A stretch of DNA of 15,616 nucleotides from an uncultured Gammaproteobacteria bacterium (lineage in GTDB: Bacteria; Patescibacteriota; Patescibacteriia; Patescibacteriales; JAGXOH01): assembly GCA_964644045.1 (NCBI GenBank), contig CAZXUK010000006.1:42659-58274 (forward strand). Direction: 5' to 3'. Under the pieces are notes generated by a model. It did not search any database. It was given only the letters and a program-made list of their open reading frames with translations, and was not told the origin of the DNA. Shown in pieces: positions 14,851-15,616 of this stretch; position 1 is the first letter of the stretch; every line of letters begins with the position of its first letter. A program made the position numbers and the translations under genes.

Positions 14851-15616
14851 ATGTCTTTTTATGCTCTTACAGGTTTGATTAACGGAGTAACAAGTGTTGT
14901 TGCCGGTTTTTTTATTTTAAAGAAAAATTTTAGCTCGCAAATTAACAAAGTTTTTACTTTTCTTTGTTTTTCCATAGCTTTATGGAGTTTTGCTTATTTT
15001 TTTTGGTTAAACAGTCAAAGCGCAGAAGCGGCCTTATGGTGGTCCCGTATTTTTATGGCCGGGGCTATTTTTATTCCCGTGTTTTTCCTACATTTTGTAG
15101 TTTTGTTTTTAGGGGCTAAAAAAATTAAGTCCTTTCTAAAATGGGTTTATCTATTATTTATTGTTTTTTTAGCTTTTGATTTTACTCCTTGGTTTATTAA
15201 GGGCCTTAAATCTTTTCCCGATTTTGAATTTTGGCCTGAGCCTGGCATAGCTTTTCATATTTTTTTATTCTTTTGGTGTTTGATTTGGTTTTTGGCCTTT
15301 TTTCTTCTTTTTGAAAAATTATTTTTTGAGAAATTAAAACCTGTTAAAGAAAATCAACTTTTTTATTTATTTCTCGGCTCTCTAATCGCCACCGTGGGAG
15401 GGGCAACCAATTATTTTCTGTGGTATGACGTTCCCATTCTTCCTATAGGAAATGTATTAGTACCTTTATTTGTTTTTGCTACATTTTATACTATTACCAA
15501 ATATAATTTTATGAACCTCAAGGCGGTGCTTTCCGAGGTGTTGGTAATTATTTTTTCTTTACTTCTTTTGGGAAATATTTTTGTGGCTAATAATATATTG
15601 GAATATATTTGGAATA
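14851..15616 (+). CDS. N-terminal part of a polytopic membrane sensor (7TM-receptor-type input domain of a signal-transduction protein); truncated by the window end
   Basis: The ORF is open from the ATG at 14851 to the last base. It was missed by the ORF track because it has no stop in the window. At least six or seven hydrophobic helices rich in F, W and L are separated by short loops. This resembles the 7TM N-terminal domains of membrane histidine kinases and diguanylate cyclases. Confidence 0.5.
   Translation, partial: MSFYALTGLINGVTSVVAGFFILKKNFSSQINKVFTFLCFSIALWSFAYFFWLNSQSAEAALWWSRIFMAGAIFIPVFFLHFVVLFLGAKKIKSFLKWVYLLFIVFLAFDFTPWFIKGLKSFPDFEFWPEPGIAFHIFLFFWCLIWFLAFFLLFEKLFFEKLKPVKENQLFYLFLGSLIATVGGATNYFLWYDVPILPIGNVLVPLFVFATFYTITKYNFMNLKAVLSEVLVIIFSLLLLGNIFVANNILEYIWN

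Overview
This is a low-GC bacterial chromosomal segment with compact operons. Promoters are mostly extended -10 (TGnTATAAT-like) elements with strong Shine-Dalgarno sites. No rRNA, tRNA, CRISPR or mobile element was found. From left to right:

- **1-195:** a roughly 3.5-copy tandem 56-bp repeat, each unit carrying a perfect 10-bp palindrome.
- **217-3096, minus strand:** a purE-like / purC / nnr gene string (purine biosynthesis plus NAD(P)HX repair), with an intrinsic terminator between purC and nnr.
- **3133-3381:** a divergent promoter region.
- **3382-5449:** an SPFH/band-7 membrane protein, a small single-pass membrane protein, and a monocistronic secreted two-TM pilin-like (TrbC/VirB2-like) protein.
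- **5570-8829:** one operon with a trans-polyprenyl diphosphate synthase, a divergent 285-aa helical protein with squalene/phytoene-synthase-like Asp-rich motifs, a Nudix hydrolase and cysteine synthase.
- **8970-13584:** a tightly coupled three-gene operon. It encodes a 12-TM MMPL/RND-type exporter, a secreted LolA-like lipoprotein-sorting-family protein and an outer-membrane beta-barrel-like protein ending in Phe. A hairpin plus T-run sits inside the operon after the exporter gene.
- **13770-14753:** a separately promoted class I SAM methyltransferase.
- **14851 to window end:** the start of a 7TM-receptor-type membrane sensor, truncated by the window.

The most interesting hypothesis is a linked isoprenoid-lipid synthesis locus and trans-envelope export locus (HpnN-like logic) in a diderm low-GC organism. 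It rests on motif and family-level inference and cannot be confirmed from the sequence alone.
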